A DNA stretch of 64,000 nt from Octopus sinensis (GCF_006345805.1 NC_043019.1:27465360-27529359); one strand, 5' to 3'. Counted from the first letter of the stretch, positions 10,891 to 25,179 are shown. Notes: generated by a model from the sequence alone, not told the origin. Numbers and translations: made by a program.

Positions 10891-12239
10891 CAATTATATA
10901 TGTAAAAATTAAATTATATATTTTGTACTTCATTGTGTTTTGCTATGTGTCAGCTTCCCATGAGAGTTGATCTATGATTTACTTGAGGACTGATCTGGGT
11001 CTTAATCATGGGCCTGCTGAATTAGGTTTGCTAACCTGAGATTTGAAAACTGATGTACTGGATCAGGGCTGACTTTGGACTAAACAGCTACAAATTACAA
11101 CAAACTATACTTCAAGAGGTTTGACGTTATGGATGTTGGTGAATGTCCTACAGTGAATTAAGCTATATTTAGATGTGTATATGAAGCCATATACAATATG
11201 ATATATTTAATAAGTATAATTAATGCGAGGCATCTTGGGCAAGTGTCTTCTGCTATAGCCCCGGGCCCACCAATGCCTTGTGAGTGGATTTGGTAGACAG
11301 AAACTGAAAGAAGCCTGTCGTATACATTTATATATATGTATATATATGTATGTGCTTGTGTGTCTGTGTTTGTCTCCCTAGCATTGCTTGACAACCGATG
11401 CTGGTGTGTTTACGTCCCCGTCACTTAGCGGTTCGGCAAAAGAGACCGATAGAATAAGTACTGGGCTTACAAAGAATAAGTCCCGGGGTCGATTTGCTCG
11501 ACTAAAGGCGGTGCTCCAGCATGGCCGCAGTCAAATGACTGAAACAAGTAAAAGAGTAAAGAGTGTTGCTGTGAAAATATACTGTGAACAGGTCACAGAA
11601 GTCATGTTTATCCAACAGATATAAACATCATTTAAAGTGATATAAGAAAAAAATAATTACATGTGGTGTTCTACCAAATGTATTTCATTTTTTTATTTCA
11701 AATTAATGACTAAGCAGATATTTCTAGAAAATGACTTGTAAGGAAAAAGATAATTATAATAAACAAGTCATGATAGCTATCTAAGTAACCATGAAACCTA
11801 TCTGTTGTGCAACAAAAGCTAGGAACTGCTGCCTTATACTATTTTGGTCGTTTGAGCCCTGAGCTCAACTCTTACTGAATGAACTGTCTTTCATTTCTTC
11901 AAGGTTGAGCCATAAAGTTTACAGTTTTAGTTCACCATTTCAAAGTGGTAGATTAGTTGAACTGGTGAGCCAGTGATGCCTTGTAGAGTATATTGGTCTG
12001 GTTAAATGAGATGGTATTTGTTCTGGCTCAGTGCATTCCGAGTTTCAGTCCTGCCTCTTGTCATTGTGAAACTGAAAGGATGAATGAATGGGGATGTTAA
12101 TATCTATCGCCTGTTACTCTCAACACCCGTATACCGGTTGGTAAGAGACGACACATTTTCAAACCTGTAGTCTCTCTCTCTCTCTCTATATATATAAATA
12201 TATATATACATAAATCTCTCTCTCTTTATATTCCATTAA

Positions 12240-13560
12240 TTGCGCAGTTAAGCTCAAATAACGTGAAAACGGTCATTTTCTTTTCTTTTCGTCGCCGTAA
12301 TACGAAAACATTTGCAAATGAGAGGCATCAGTAACCTTACTGACGCCGATGTTTATATGTACTGATGACATATTTTGAATATTTCTAAACAAAGCATACT
12401 TCATTCCAGTATTTAACCAGCTAGTGGGAAGAGATAATTATTGAAAGAGGAAGGAAAAAAGAGAGACAGAGAGAGACTTATTGTCATTTCAAAATGGGAT
12501 GGGCGACAACAGTTGACATATACACACACATATATATTTATATCTACGTTTGTCTCAGGATGTATGTATGTGTATATATATATATACACATAAGTAGGTA
12601 CGAATGTAATCGCGTGATTAAAGTAAAATGCGTATATTTAGAGGACATGGATCTCGAGTTATCGCCCCTGTGCGAGCTCTCTGCTGTTATTTACAATTCT
12701 TTGAAGCTTCCTGAACAGAAAGTGATCAATGGTAGGCATATAGTGATTTACCACCGCCAGAAACACAGCATTCAACCAGCTTTGCACGGTAAATAACACA
12801 TACGCAACGCAACACACATATACCTATATGTGTGTGTACACGTCTGTGTATTGACATATATATATATATATATATATGTACATACATACATGTGTGTGTG
12901 TGTATACGTGTGCCTATACGTATATTTAATTTCATTTGTAAACGCAATACGATGTCGGAATTCTTTGCGACTTAAAATATTTGTTTGTATCTACGTGTAT
13001 ATATATATATGATTTCTCATTCTAAAGAAATGTTGTGTGTGTCTATGTCGTTTCGCTTCATAACAAATGTACGTCTTCACAGCTCTCTCCAAATGAAATG
13101 TATTTGTCTACTTCGTCTTCTAAACAAGTGCATGTTTGATATATGTCTATATGTCGTTTATCTATCTTCTAGAGAATTATTGTGTCCATGTCGTTTTGCT
13201 CCATAACAACTGTATGCCTTTGTAGTTTCTCTACAAAGCAACTATGTCTCTGAATGGTCTTCTAAACAAGTGTTTGATATTTGGTCTCTTGTTCGAAACC
13301 GTGTGTATGGTGTTTATCGCCTCCGAAATAAATGTTTGCGTCTATCGCCTTTTCTCCTCGAAGCAAGTCTCTGTGTGGTTCCATGTCTTCCGTTCTATGA
13401 CTTTAATATGTGGATGGACTCAAGAGCGACACACACACACTTGATGGCGTTGTATTTTTATTCGCTGTCCATTTACACCAGTCTTAGAGTACGGAGGTCG
13501 ATTTACACTGTTACACCTCCCCTAAATTTGTGGCCTTGTTCGTAATTTAAAAGTCGATAA
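12240..13560. promoter_or_regulatory. CpG-retaining, promoter-like region with a candidate first exon at 12647-12731 (+)
   Basis: Visibly higher CpG density than the flanks without being a young TE. ATG at 12647 opens MDLELSPLCELSAVIYNSLKLPEQKVIN, ending at a g|gtaggc donor. Near-palindrome gcatcagtaa-cc-ttactgacgc at ~12325-12346. Confidence 0.35.
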
Positions 13561-14269
13561 CATTTAGTAACATGTTTTCGATAATGTTTTGGTTGAATTA
13601 TTGTGCGTGTCACACACACATGCGATGTCTTGTATATAGAGTTTCCTTTTAAACAAGTATTTTGCGTGCACTGGTTTGTTACATAGTGCATATAATGTGT
13701 GTGTGGGTATATATATGTACATACATACATACATACACATCTCAATTTAGTCACCACGTGTGTCTTTTTGGTTTTGTGTCTTTTACGTATTTTACTAATT
13801 TCGTGTCTCTGTGTGTGACGACATCTCTGAACGTAGTAATTTAAGTGGTCGGAACATTTGGATACTTAAATTAGAACCTTGTGGCTGTAAACTGCTGCAG
13901 CATGAGCCATACACGAATTGGTTGTATTCACACACCACACTGTACACAAGACAAACACTTGAGCTAATGCTAGATATAACAACCAAATCTCCTCCAAGTC
14001 ACTCTACTTCCTTGAAGGAAGAAGAAGAAAAAAAGCTGTACATTCAATAGATAATATTTACAAAATGATATTGAGTACCTTTGATCATTGTTCTTCAGTC
14101 AAAGGTTGGCCTAGGGTTAAACAACAGTACATGAGCGTTTGGACCAGAAAGGCCACATACATAGTTGAAAGGGATGCACACAGTTTGCCTCAATTAAACC
14201 CAGCTCGACACGATCATTCGTGCCAATTTCTTAAATAGCTCCATCCTATTTGTTGCTTTACATAAGTGA

Positions 14270-14550
14270 GGAAGGAAAACATCCGGTTATAACATACAGA
14301 GCCATGAAAAGATCAATGCTAGGAATATCATTGTGAGAGCGTATCGAACACGGACTAATTCGAAAACAGAGTGGAGTGAACGATGTGTTCATGGAATGAC
14401 CTATAATAAATAGCACAAGTGTAGCTGGGTCGGGTATGTTTCCAGGCTCATAAACAACAGACAGACCCGAGCAGTTGTTGAGTGGTATCTTAGAGATTGG
14501 AAGAGACAATTTGTAAGGCTTCTGAGACAAGGAAGACGACATAATTAAAA
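14270..14550 (+). mobile_element. Degenerate RTE-type LINE fragment
   Basis: YRAMKRSMLGISL*ERI...IRKQSGV..V resembles QRAMERSMLGISL..HIRN..IR..TGV. Confidence 0.6.
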
Positions 14551-14825
14551 AAAAAAAGTTCAGGGCCAAATATAATCAAGAGAAGAATGGAAACGTGTAT
14601 AGGGGCATCTGATAGTCTGATTGAGAGAAAGATCGAAAAATTCCAAGCTTAGGGTAAAAGAAAATCCAGGAGGTTCAGTTAATGATTTTATTCAACACAT
14701 TCCTTCTTTCAGATTCACACACTTATTGCAGCAGTCCTTCAGTTTTTCTAAGCTGTGTAAAAGAACTAGGGCCTCCAACTGGGACTTTCGCAATACCCTT
14801 AAAGCCAGGGACTTTTCAGCACATC

Positions 14826-14867
<42 letters not shown>

Positions 14868-15542
14868 CACGTAAAAAGCACCCACTACATTCACAGAGTG
14901 GTTGGCGTTAGGAAGGGCATCCAGCTGTAGAAACATTGCCAGATAAGACCGGAGCCTGGTGCAGCCTCCTGGCTTCCCAGATCCCCGGTCGAACCGTCCA
15001 ACTCATGGAGAACGGACGTTAAACGATGATGATGATATATATGTGGGTATGTATGTGTCACATACACATCATCTATAAACGTCTACTTTTCCTTACTTGC
15101 ATGTGTTGGATGAGATTTGTTGAGGCAAATTTTCTATGGTTCGGTGCCTTTCCTGTCGCCGACCCTCACCTGTTTCCATGTGAGGTAATATTTCCTCGTG
15201 GTTGAATATGCTTTTGCAAAATATTGGAAACAAATGACACTGTTTGTATGATGGTGGCACTTGCTTTATAAACTGTCACACAATATCACGACAAAGAGAA
15301 ACCTATCTGACTCTTGTAATCATGGAAAAAGTAGATGTTAAAAAGATGATGATTCCCCCGCCTCCTCTCTGTTAGGAGGCACAAGCACTTACACGTACAT
15401 ACATGACGGAAACTTCCACCTACTAAAGTCAACCACAAGGCTTTGGCTGGCCCAATGCTCTAGCAGAAGACACTTGCCCAAGGTGTCACACAGTGGGACT
15501 GTACCTGAAACTATGTGCCAAGAAGCAAGCTTCCTATATATG

Positions 15543-15576
<34 letters not shown>

Positions 15577-15685
15577 GAGGCATGGCTGTGTGGTAAGAAG
15601 CTTGCTTCCCAACCATATGGCATGAGGTTCGAGTGGATTTGGTAGATGGAAACTGAAAGAAGCCCATCATATGTGTGTGTGTGTA

Positions 15686-15716
<31 letters not shown>

Positions 15717-16924
15717 GTGTGTGTTTGTTTGTCCCCATACCATCACTTGACAACTGATGTTGGTGTGTTTATGTCCCCATAACTTAGCGGTTTGTCAAAA
15801 GAGACCAATAGAATAAGTATTAGGCTTACAAAGAATAAGTGCTGGGTTGATTTGGCAGTGCTCCAGCATGGCCGCATTCAAATGACTGAAACAAACAGAA
15901 TATATATAGATAAATAACTTACTGTTAATAAAAGCGCAGGTGCATTGCGTCCTGTTTCTTAATAACATTTTTTTTTACTTATTCGTAATCTATCAACATC
16001 AATGGAATTTGTAGCTGTGATACCAGTGCCGGTGGCACGTAAGAGAACCATCCGAACGTGGCCGGAGCCAGCGCCGCCCTGACTGGTCTCCGTGCCGGTG
16101 GCACGTAAAAAGCACCCACTACACTCACAGAGTGGTTGGCATTAGGAAGGGCATCCAGCTGTAGAAACACTGCCAAATCAGACTGGGCCTGGTGCAGCCT
16201 TCTGGCTTCCCAGACCCCAGTTGAACTGTGCAACCCATGCTAGCATGGAAAGCGGACGTTAAACGATGCTGATGATGATGTATATAATGTTTTCACTTAC
16301 ACACACACACACACACAGCCTGGTGCCATGTAAAAAGCACTCACTATTTTCTGTTGTGGTTGACATTAGGAAACACTTCTACAGCTGCAGAAACCAAACC
16401 AAAGCAGATTACGGAACCTGGTGTGGCTCCTGGCCTTGCTAGCAGCTGTCACACCATGCAACCCATACTGGCATGGAAAACGGACGTTAAATGATGACAC
16501 ACGCACACCAACACACACACACATAGTCGATTGACAGATGAACCTAGACAGTACAGTTTTATTTAATTGCTAAAAGTGCACAACAGTTCAACAAGTTGTT
16601 GGTGCTATGGCATTGTGTCCTATGTATTTAAACATGTGAAAATGGACCTGAATGTAGAGTCTGTGCATTTATACATGTGAAAATGACATTAAAAAAATAT
16701 GGGATATTTACAAGTTATGGTTTCTGTTGCTGCTGGTCGTCATCATAAAATGTGACACCAGCCTTAAGCTACGAGACTTTGCCATAAATAGAAAGTTTAA
16801 CCTATTTGTGTACATAATACAACTATATCCTATCCTCAATTAATCCAGAACAATAATTATAGAGAGAACTTTACCATCTCAGGTGGGAATGTGGTGTTCA
16901 CTTTACACATTCAGAATATAAAAC

Positions 16925-17165
16925 CCTGAATGTATGTGTGTGTGTATATGTATAGATGTTTGTGTATATATGTAGGTATAGATGTGTGTGTATATGTATG
17001 TGTAGATGTGTGTGTGTGTGTGTATGTATAGATGTGTGTGTGTATATGTAGGTATAGGTGTGTGTGTATGTATATATAGATGTGTATTTATGTATAGATG
17101 TGTGTGTATATATATGTAAAGGTGTGTGTGTATGTCTAGATGTGTGATTGTGTAGGTGTATGTGT
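16925..17165. repeat. Compound (TG/TA) microsatellite with higher-order tgtatagatg units
   Basis: Directly visible. Confidence 0.9.
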
Positions 17166-17459
17166 AATGAATCCCCCCCCTCAGTTCTCATTACTTTTTA
17201 TTGTCCTCCTTTGCTGAACTGCTAAATTACAGAAATATAAACATACCAACAGCAGGATTGTCAATCAGTGGTGAAAGACAATCACACACACACACACAGA
17301 GTTCAAAATGTAGAAAAGACTGATGTGGAGGTACAACAAAGTGTATTAGTTTGATGCTAAGGAAAAATAGGGCATACACACACGCAAGCACACGACAGGC
17401 TTCTTTCAGTTTCCATCAACTAAATCCACTCACAAGGATTTATATATATATGTGTGTAG

Positions 17460-17508
<49 letters not shown>

Positions 17509-18258
17509 TACATACATACACGAAGGGCTTCTTTCAGTTTCTACCAAATCCACTGACGAGGCTTTGTTTAGCCCGAGGCTATAGTGGAAGACACTTGCCC
17601 GAGGTGCCATGCAGTGGGACTGAACCTGGAACTGTGTGGTTGAGAAGCAAGCTTCTTATCATGCCACACACACACACACATTTCTTTTTTCTCTATTCCC
17701 ATTGCTTTCCTGTTTTGAACAGGTTTCTTCTGGCACAGTGTCTTGCTGATCAGTTGAGTTCTTTGATCACCTTGCTTCTGGAGATTTGCTTTCTTCACTT
17801 TTTTTTTTGCTCTTCTCCTTGGATTTCCTCTTTCTTTGGTTAGGGGTGCTTGACACTTTCACCCAGCAGTCACATGTGTCTACTATCACATTTTATTGCT
17901 CCTTTTTTGCTGAACTACCAACTTACAGGGATGTAAACACACCAACACCAGGCTTGTCAAGCAGTGGGTGGTGGTGGTGGTGGGGACAAACACACACACA
18001 CACACACATATGGTTTAAAATGTAGAAAAGACAGTGACAAGTGAGGGGACACTCACTTCTGATTCCTCTTTTACTTGTTTCAGTCATTTGACTGTGGCCA
18101 TGCTGGAGCACCGCCTTTAGTTGAGCACATCAACCCCAGGACTTATTCTTTGTAAGCCTAGTACTTATTCTATTGGACTCTTTTGCTGAACTGCTAAGTT
18201 ACGGGGACATAAACACACCAGCATCAGTTGTCAAGCAATGTTGGGGAGACAAACACAG

Positions 18259-18312
<54 letters not shown>

Positions 18313-19080
18313 TATATATATAATATATATATATATAGACATACATACATACATACATACATACATGCATGCATGCATACGACAGACTTCTTTCAGTTTC
18401 CATCTACCAAATCCACTCACAAGGCTTTGGTTGGCCCGAGGCTATGGTAGAAGACACTTGCTCAAGGTGCTACGCAGTGGGACTGATTCCTAAACCATGT
18501 AGTTCGTAAGCAAGCTACTTACCACACAGCCACTCTGCAACTTAGTTTTCTCTCAGCTCCTCTGTTCATTCATGCTAGTGTTACACATCCACCCAAGCAG
18601 CACTCCTCACTTACTTTGGGACATTGTGGTTACAAGGCCTGAAATTTCAGATGAAGGTATAAGTTGATTACATTGACCTCAATGCGTAACTGGTACTTAT
18701 TTTATTGGCTCTGAAAGGCTGAAAAGCAAAGTCAACCTTGGTGGAATTTGAACTCAGAACATAAAGATGAAATGCTGTTAAGTATTTTGCCCAGTGTGTT
18801 AACATTTCTGCCAGCTTACACCACCTTAATTATTATATATACAGTACATATAATATATATATAATGCAAAAACACTCTTCAGACTGCAATTGTCAATAAA
18901 ATAGAAATAAAATTTGAAAATTTATTCCCTCTCTGCTGTCTGATACCAAATGATGCATATTCTCCCCTCTGATTCACACTCTTATTGCAGCGGTCCTTCA
19001 GTTTTTCTTAAGCCCTGTAGAAGAACTCAGAAGGTTGGACCTCCAACCAGGCTTTTTGCTACACCCTTAAAGCTCAAAAG

Positions 19081-19391
19081 CAGGGGTTCTCAACCATTTT
19101 TCATTATGGACCCCTTTGGTTACCACTTGATGTTGAAAAACTAGTTTTATAGAAACTTCTTACAAAATCCTTATTTTGTTTTTCACACATTAATTAGTAT
19201 AAGTTAAACCTATGTAAAATGTTGAAAGAAATTTAGCTGTTTCTTGCAATGCATGCATCTACAGCAAATTTTTTTGGTGGGAGGCCAAAATACAATTGTG
19301 AATCCTCAATTTACTATTTTATTACATGGACCCCTAAAAATTTTATGTGGAACTGGGGGAGGGGCATATGATTCCTGGTTGAGGACCACTG
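19081..19391. mobile_element. hAT (Charlie-like) MITE
   Basis: TIRs caggggttctcaacc / ggttgaggaccactg; imperfect 8-bp TSD ctcaaaag / ctctagag. Confidence 0.65.
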
Positions 19392-19587
19392 CTCTAGAGC
19401 AGTCTTACTTCATTTCTTTCCAATTGTCACACAACTGCTACATTCAGTGCCATGTTATGCTACTATGTAACATTGCACTTTGTACATGAACCTCATAAAC
19501 CTTATATAATCTGTCCTTCTTTTTGGAGAGAGGATGTCTTTATTGCCAGCAGATGTAATGGAAGCAATCTAGGGATGTTTTTTGATA

Positions 19588-20111
19588 CAGTAGACTGCCA
19601 CTAATCCAGAAACCTGTAATCCGGCACTAATTTTGGCTAGAAAAATTTCAAATTTCCCGGGTTGCTGCACCAACTGGCTGCTACAATTTGTTGGCACTAC
19701 TTGCTGCATAAACACACTTGCATTATTTGTAAACAAAGGCAGGCCTTTCCAGTGGTTTTTTTTTTTTTTCATCTATTATTATTATATCTTTTCCACTTCA
19801 GCCCCAATCATGGTTCCAGTGCATAAAGGAAGTGCTTCTCATAGTGCAAAGTGTAAACACCATACATTGTCCATAAAAGAAAAAGTTGAAAAAACTTGAG
19901 AGTGGTTTGTCTGTGAAAAGATTGTGTGAATTATACAATAGGCGCAGGAGTGGCTGTGTGGTAAGTAGCTTGCTAACCAACCACATGGTTGCGGGTTCAG
20001 TCTCACCGCGTGGCATCTTGGGCAAGTGTCTTCTGCTATAGCCCCGGGCCGACCAATGCCTTGTGAGTGGATTTGGTAGACGGAAACTGAAAGAAGCCTG
20101 TCGTATATATG

Positions 20112-20150
<39 letters not shown>

Positions 20151-20532
20151 TTGTGTGTCTGTGTTTGTCCCCTAGCATTGCTTGACAACCGATGCTGGTG
20201 TGTTTACGTCCCCGTCACTTAGCGGTTCGGCAAAAGAGACCGATAGAATAAGTACTGGGCTTACAAAGAATAAGTCCCGGGGTCGATTTGCTCGACTAAA
20301 GGCGGTGCTCCAGCATGACTGCAGTCAAATGACTGAAACAAGTAAAAAGAGAAAAAGAGTAAAAAGAATAGTGGATCTTCAATGGTTTACGACAAAAACA
20401 AAACAAAGACCAGTTACTCTGTTTCTTTACTGACTATAAGTCAAAGAAACAATTGATAATCGCTAATCTGGCAAAATCACTAATCTACCACTCTCCAGGT
20501 CCCAATGATGCCGGATAATCGGCAGTTAACTG
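19588..20532 (+). mobile_element. Tigger/pogo-like deletion derivative with a nested SINE (19942-20365)
   Basis: TIRs ta|cagtagactgccactaatcc and ggataatcggcagttaactg|ca. HTH remnant KCKHHTLSIKEKVEK-LESGLSVKRLCELY (CENP-B-type N-terminus). Confidence 0.65.
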
Positions 20533-20593
20533 CACTTGAAATAATCTACTATGCATCCCTGTTGTATCTGATATTTACATACATACATACATA

Positions 20594-20797
20594 CAGGGTG
20601 ACCCAAAAGTAGGTTTACTGTTATCATGCAGGCACTTTAAATTTCTTTTAAAACATTTTATTACATTTAAATTTCTATCTTATAACTAAATTAGCATAGA
20701 ATGGTTCATTTATATTTATAATTAAAATCTAAACTGTTAATATATGAATGCAAAAGAGATAGTTGAATAACTGTAAACCTACTTTTTGGCCACCCTG
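20594..20797. mobile_element. Tc1/mariner-type MITE, 204 bp
   Basis: TIRs cagggtgacccaaaagtaggtttac / gtaaacctactttttggccaccctg; TA TSD on both sides. Confidence 0.85.
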
Positions 20798-20849
20798 TAT
20801 TTCTTCTCTGTTAGTCTACTGTAACACATGTATACCCTTTGCTTACATT

Positions 20850-21244
20850 GGATTCACTGTATGCAATGCCTTTTCTGCATATCAGGTATAGTCACCTTCT
20901 AGATGGCAGTAGAGTGCTGCCGTCTCTCCTTTGCTTTCATGTTTGGATTGTTTTCTCTGATTCCTCAACAGATTCAGCTATTTGCACAAGGTTTTTAGCA
21001 TAGAGGAGCTTCCGTGGACAGCCAGTCTTAGGGTCTGGAGAACTGTAATAAATGGGAAAAGGCGGAGACTGCTCTCTGACAGATTCCTACCAACAGACAT
21101 TAAAATCATTGTCAAACCTGTTGCCAACTGTCATGTTGATGGTGGCACCCCTTCACATGGCTCGTGCATCCCTCACAAGCCACTCATCGAAACCCAGGTT
21201 ATGCACCATGATGTTCTGTTCAAAGTCTGTACATCTGCATACAG
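20850..21244 (-). mobile_element. Degenerate RTE LINE RT core
   Basis: KTGCPRKLLYAKNLVQIAESVEESEKTIQT*KQ corresponds to the RTE motif RTGCPWELLYADDL.LIAES..EL......WK. Confidence 0.7.
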
Positions 21245-21445
21245 CAGTGCTTTTCAAACTTTTTGCTGGAGCAGAACCCCAAGGAAACATTCCACTGGCT
21301 CGAGGAACCCCTGTGCAATAATATAATAGTCTTTTCCACACATATCTGCACAGGAGAATTAAAAATTACTGCCTATTTTAGCAGTTTTGTAACTTCTTGC
21401 GGAACCCCTGGACTGTACTGGCAGAACCCTGGTTGAAAACCACTG
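21245..21445. mobile_element. hAT-type MITE
   Basis: TIRs cagtgcttttcaaac / gttgaaaaccactg; 8-bp TSD gcatacag / acatacag. Confidence 0.7.
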
Positions 21446-23043
21446 ACATACAGGTACATCTATAGTGGCTATAGTTTCAGTGAGGCGTTAGTGGTGCTCC
21501 ATCTTGGCACAAGAGCTGTATCTTATCTAAATTCTCTTCCTAATCAGTTGAACAATAACTCTGTTACATAACTTGGTCCACCGGTTTGATATCTCTGCAG
21601 TTGCTGCTTTCTACTACACCTCCTTTGCACCTGTACTAAATGTTGTTGTTGATGATGATGATACTGCTACACCAGTCATTGGATAGAGCACCTCCTCATC
21701 CAACCTGATTCACTGTGCAAGTGATTTAACGTTTGGCTGAGAGTCCAACTACTTCCCTTGTCTTTCATAGCCTTAAAAAAAGTATTTGACCCATGTACAG
21801 CTATGTAGACTTCTTTAGTTAGTCTACTTTGCCTAAACTCTCTTTCTCCTTCCACCCCCACCCCCCCTCATATACATTCTCATCAGTCATCATTGGAAAT
21901 TAGGGCAATGCACTGCCATCATTCTATACCCACATCCTGAATGCCATCAGGTATCACAGACCACCTCACATTTCTTATTCTCTTATCACTGAACACTGGC
22001 AAACCTTTTACTTACATTTCTATTCTCTTAACCCAACAGTGTTCCTTTCCTCCACTTTTTCCAGGCCTGTCCTCTTTGCCTTTTATGGCTCTACTATACC
22101 ATTTCATTACCCTGTTACCTTCTGTCTAGCTGGTGCCATGCTGTCTACAGATTTGGTCTGTGGCTCACTACAGGATGCTTCCCAGTTGTTTTCAGTGTCT
22201 TCTCCTCTTCCTCACCATATATGTGTCACCTAGAATCTATCTGAACCCACCATGTCTTGCAGGTGGGGCTTTCAGTTTCTACACCTTCCTTCTGATTGTC
22301 TACTCTTTTACTTGTTTCAATTATTTGATTGTGGCCATGCTGGAACACCACCTATAGTAGAACGAATCGACTCCAGGGCTTATTCTTTGTAAGCCTAGTA
22401 CTTATTCCATTGGTCTCCTTTGCCAAACCGCTAAGTTACAAGGATGTAAACACATTAACATTGGTTGTCAAGCGATGGTGTAGGGACAAACACAGACACA
22501 CACACACATACACACACACACACACACACACATACATATATATATATAGACACAAGAATGGGTGTGTGGTAAGTAGCTTGCTTACCAACCACATGGTTCC
22601 GGGTTCATTTCCATTGTGTGGTACCTTGGGCAAGTGTGTTCTATAGCTTCAGGCTGACCAATTGGAAAATTGAAATGCAACTATTTTAGTGTTTATGCTC
22701 CTATCATGATGAAAGGGTAGAATAAGATAGAATTCTATGGCACAGAGTTGTGGGGTAGAGGAATAATAAAAGAGAAAGAGGAACAAAAATGTGTCAGTGG
22801 TTAGTGTGAAAGAGAAGGAGTGATTGGTAAAGGTGATTGGATAGGTTGAGGGGTATGGGAATCCAGTGCTCTCTTTTATATATATAATAACCTCATCATT
22901 TTATGTTTGTTTTTTATGCGGTTATGTATGGATTGAATGGTTTATTAGGTGAAGTACAAGAAGAACAGGTTTATCGTTATGAGAGAACAGTAAAGGGAAT
23001 AATAAATCTCTGAATGAGGTATAAACAGTAACTGCACGACAAT

Positions 23044-23428
23044 GTGAGGAATATTTGCCATCTCAACATAGCTAACCACTAAGGGTGGGTGTTACTGTAG
23101 TGAGGAATATTTGCCATCTCAATATAGCTAACCACTAAGGGTGGCTTGTAGCCTCAGGAGAATCTGGCTTTAGGCACACTTAAAAAAAAAAAAAATTTTT
23201 TTAAGCCAGCTGGAGCCGATGTTCTGGGGCTACAAGCTACAGTAACACACCACTAAGGGTAGGTGTTACTGTAGCTTGTAGCCTCAGGAGAACATGGCTT
23301 TAGGCACACTTTAAAAAAAAAAATTTTTTTTTTAAAGCCAGCTGGAGACGATGTTCTCCTGGGGCTACAAGCTACAGTAACACCTACCCTTAGTGGTTAG
23401 CTATGTTGAGATGGCAAATATTCCTCAG
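23044..23428. mobile_element. Foldback MITE-like element with partially triplicated left arm
   Basis: tgaggaatatttgccatctcaacatagctaaccactaagggt occurs at ~23044 and ~23100, with its reverse complement ending at ~23428. The internal unit with an AnTn tract is duplicated. Confidence 0.7.
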
Positions 23429-24879
23429 TAAAGGGAATGTTAGGAAAGAGAAAACTAGAAGTGTCATGGGTTAGATCAGGAGAGTCAAAGTGTGATAAGA
23501 ACAGTGGGGTGGGGTTGGATTGTATAGAAAATTCAGTGCTACTCCATATTATGGGTGGTAGAGTGATGCATGAGAGAGAGATGAGGATGAGGAACTGGAG
23601 TGTATTCTCAAAGTGTCATATCTAAGAAGATGAATAGAAAATGTGGTGACAGAAGACTCAGGAAAGATTGATAAGAGTTTGCAAGAATACAATCTCTCCT
23701 CACTTAAGCATCATGGTTTTGGAAGGATAATTGGCACTGTGTTGGTTAAAACAGACAAGGGTTCCAGTTGATCCAATCAAAGGAACAGCTTGTTTGTGAA
23801 ATTAACATGCAAGTGGTTGAGCACTCCACAGACACATGTACCTATTTCTTTACTGCCCACAATGGGCTAAACACAGAGAGGACAAACAAGGACAGACAAA
23901 CGGTTTAAGTCGAGTGTATCGACCCCAGTGCGTAACTGGTACTTATTTAATCGACTCCGAAAGGATGAAAGGCAAAGTCGACCCCGGCGGAATTTGAACT
24001 CAAACGTAGCGGCAGACGAAATACTGCTAAGCATTTCGACCGGCGTGCTAACGATTCTGCCAGCTCGCCACAGACACATGTACCCTTAATGTAATTCTCA
24101 GGGAGATTCAGTGTGACAAGGCTGGTCCTTTGAATTACACAGGTACCACTCATTTTTGCCAGCCAAGTGAACTGGAGCGGTGTGGAATAAATTGTCTTGC
24201 TTGAAGAGACAAAACACACTGCCAGAAATGGAACTCACAGTTTTGAAGGAGAGAAAAGAGGAGTAGCAAGAGATGGATAGTGGAGGTAGGGGCAAGGAAC
24301 ATTTAGTATGCACAGGTCAAGGGTTTTCCTCTCAATTGCAGGCATTGTACTTTACAGTAAGAGATGATGAGAAGGGAAGAAAAGTAAGTAGCTAATGGGG
24401 ATATACACTACTCCACCATTTAATGAGAACTTCACTAAACTTACAGGTAAGGTCTCCTGCAGCACCTGTATTTTCAGTCAACACAGCCCTCTGTCAAACC
24501 CTTCATCAGATGTAACATCTCGGCCTCATCATTCACTACCTTGTCTTACATATTTCTGTTTCCCTCTTTTGAAGGTACCATTTATTTTGAGCACTAAGCA
24601 CTTGCTTATGTAGCAGTCCCCCTCCTGCAATATATGTCCCTACCATCACAGCCTCTGCTCTTACGCAACACATTCTACTCCCTAGTTTCTCTTGCAATGC
24701 ATTCATATTTTATCGTTCATGGACACAAACATGACACATCCAGCAAAGAAGGCTTGCCTCATTTCTATCTAGTTTCCACGGGTCTGATGCATACAAACCC
24801 ACATCTTGCTTCACACTTCACACACAAGCATCATTGATTCAGCAAGAAAAAACCCTTTACTACCCATGCACACACACAC

Positions 24880-25095
24880 ACGGGGGTGGGGGTGCTGAAA
24901 AGTTCCAGGTTTTAAGGGTTTTGCAAAGGGCCTGGTTGGAGGCCCAACCTTCTGAGTACTTTTACAGGGCTTAGAAAAGCTGAAGGACTGCTGCAATAAG
25001 TGTGTGAATCTGAGAGGGAAATACGTTCAATAAAATCATAACTGATGCCTCCTGTGTTTCCTTTTACCCAAAGCCGGGAACTTTTCAGAATACCT
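24880..25095. mobile_element. Mariner-type MITE (related copies at ~14625-14825 and ~18950-19075)
   Basis: TIRs gctgaaaagttccaggttt / aaagccgggaacttttcag; the internal sequence is shared by three loci. Confidence 0.65.
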
Positions 25096-25096
25096 T

Positions 25097-25179
<83 letters not shown>

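Noticed and set aside
24330-24385. Possible exon ALYFTVRDDEKGRK with AG/GT boundaries
   Set aside because: Its phase does not connect the 12647 exon to TDRD7, and no homology is recognised.
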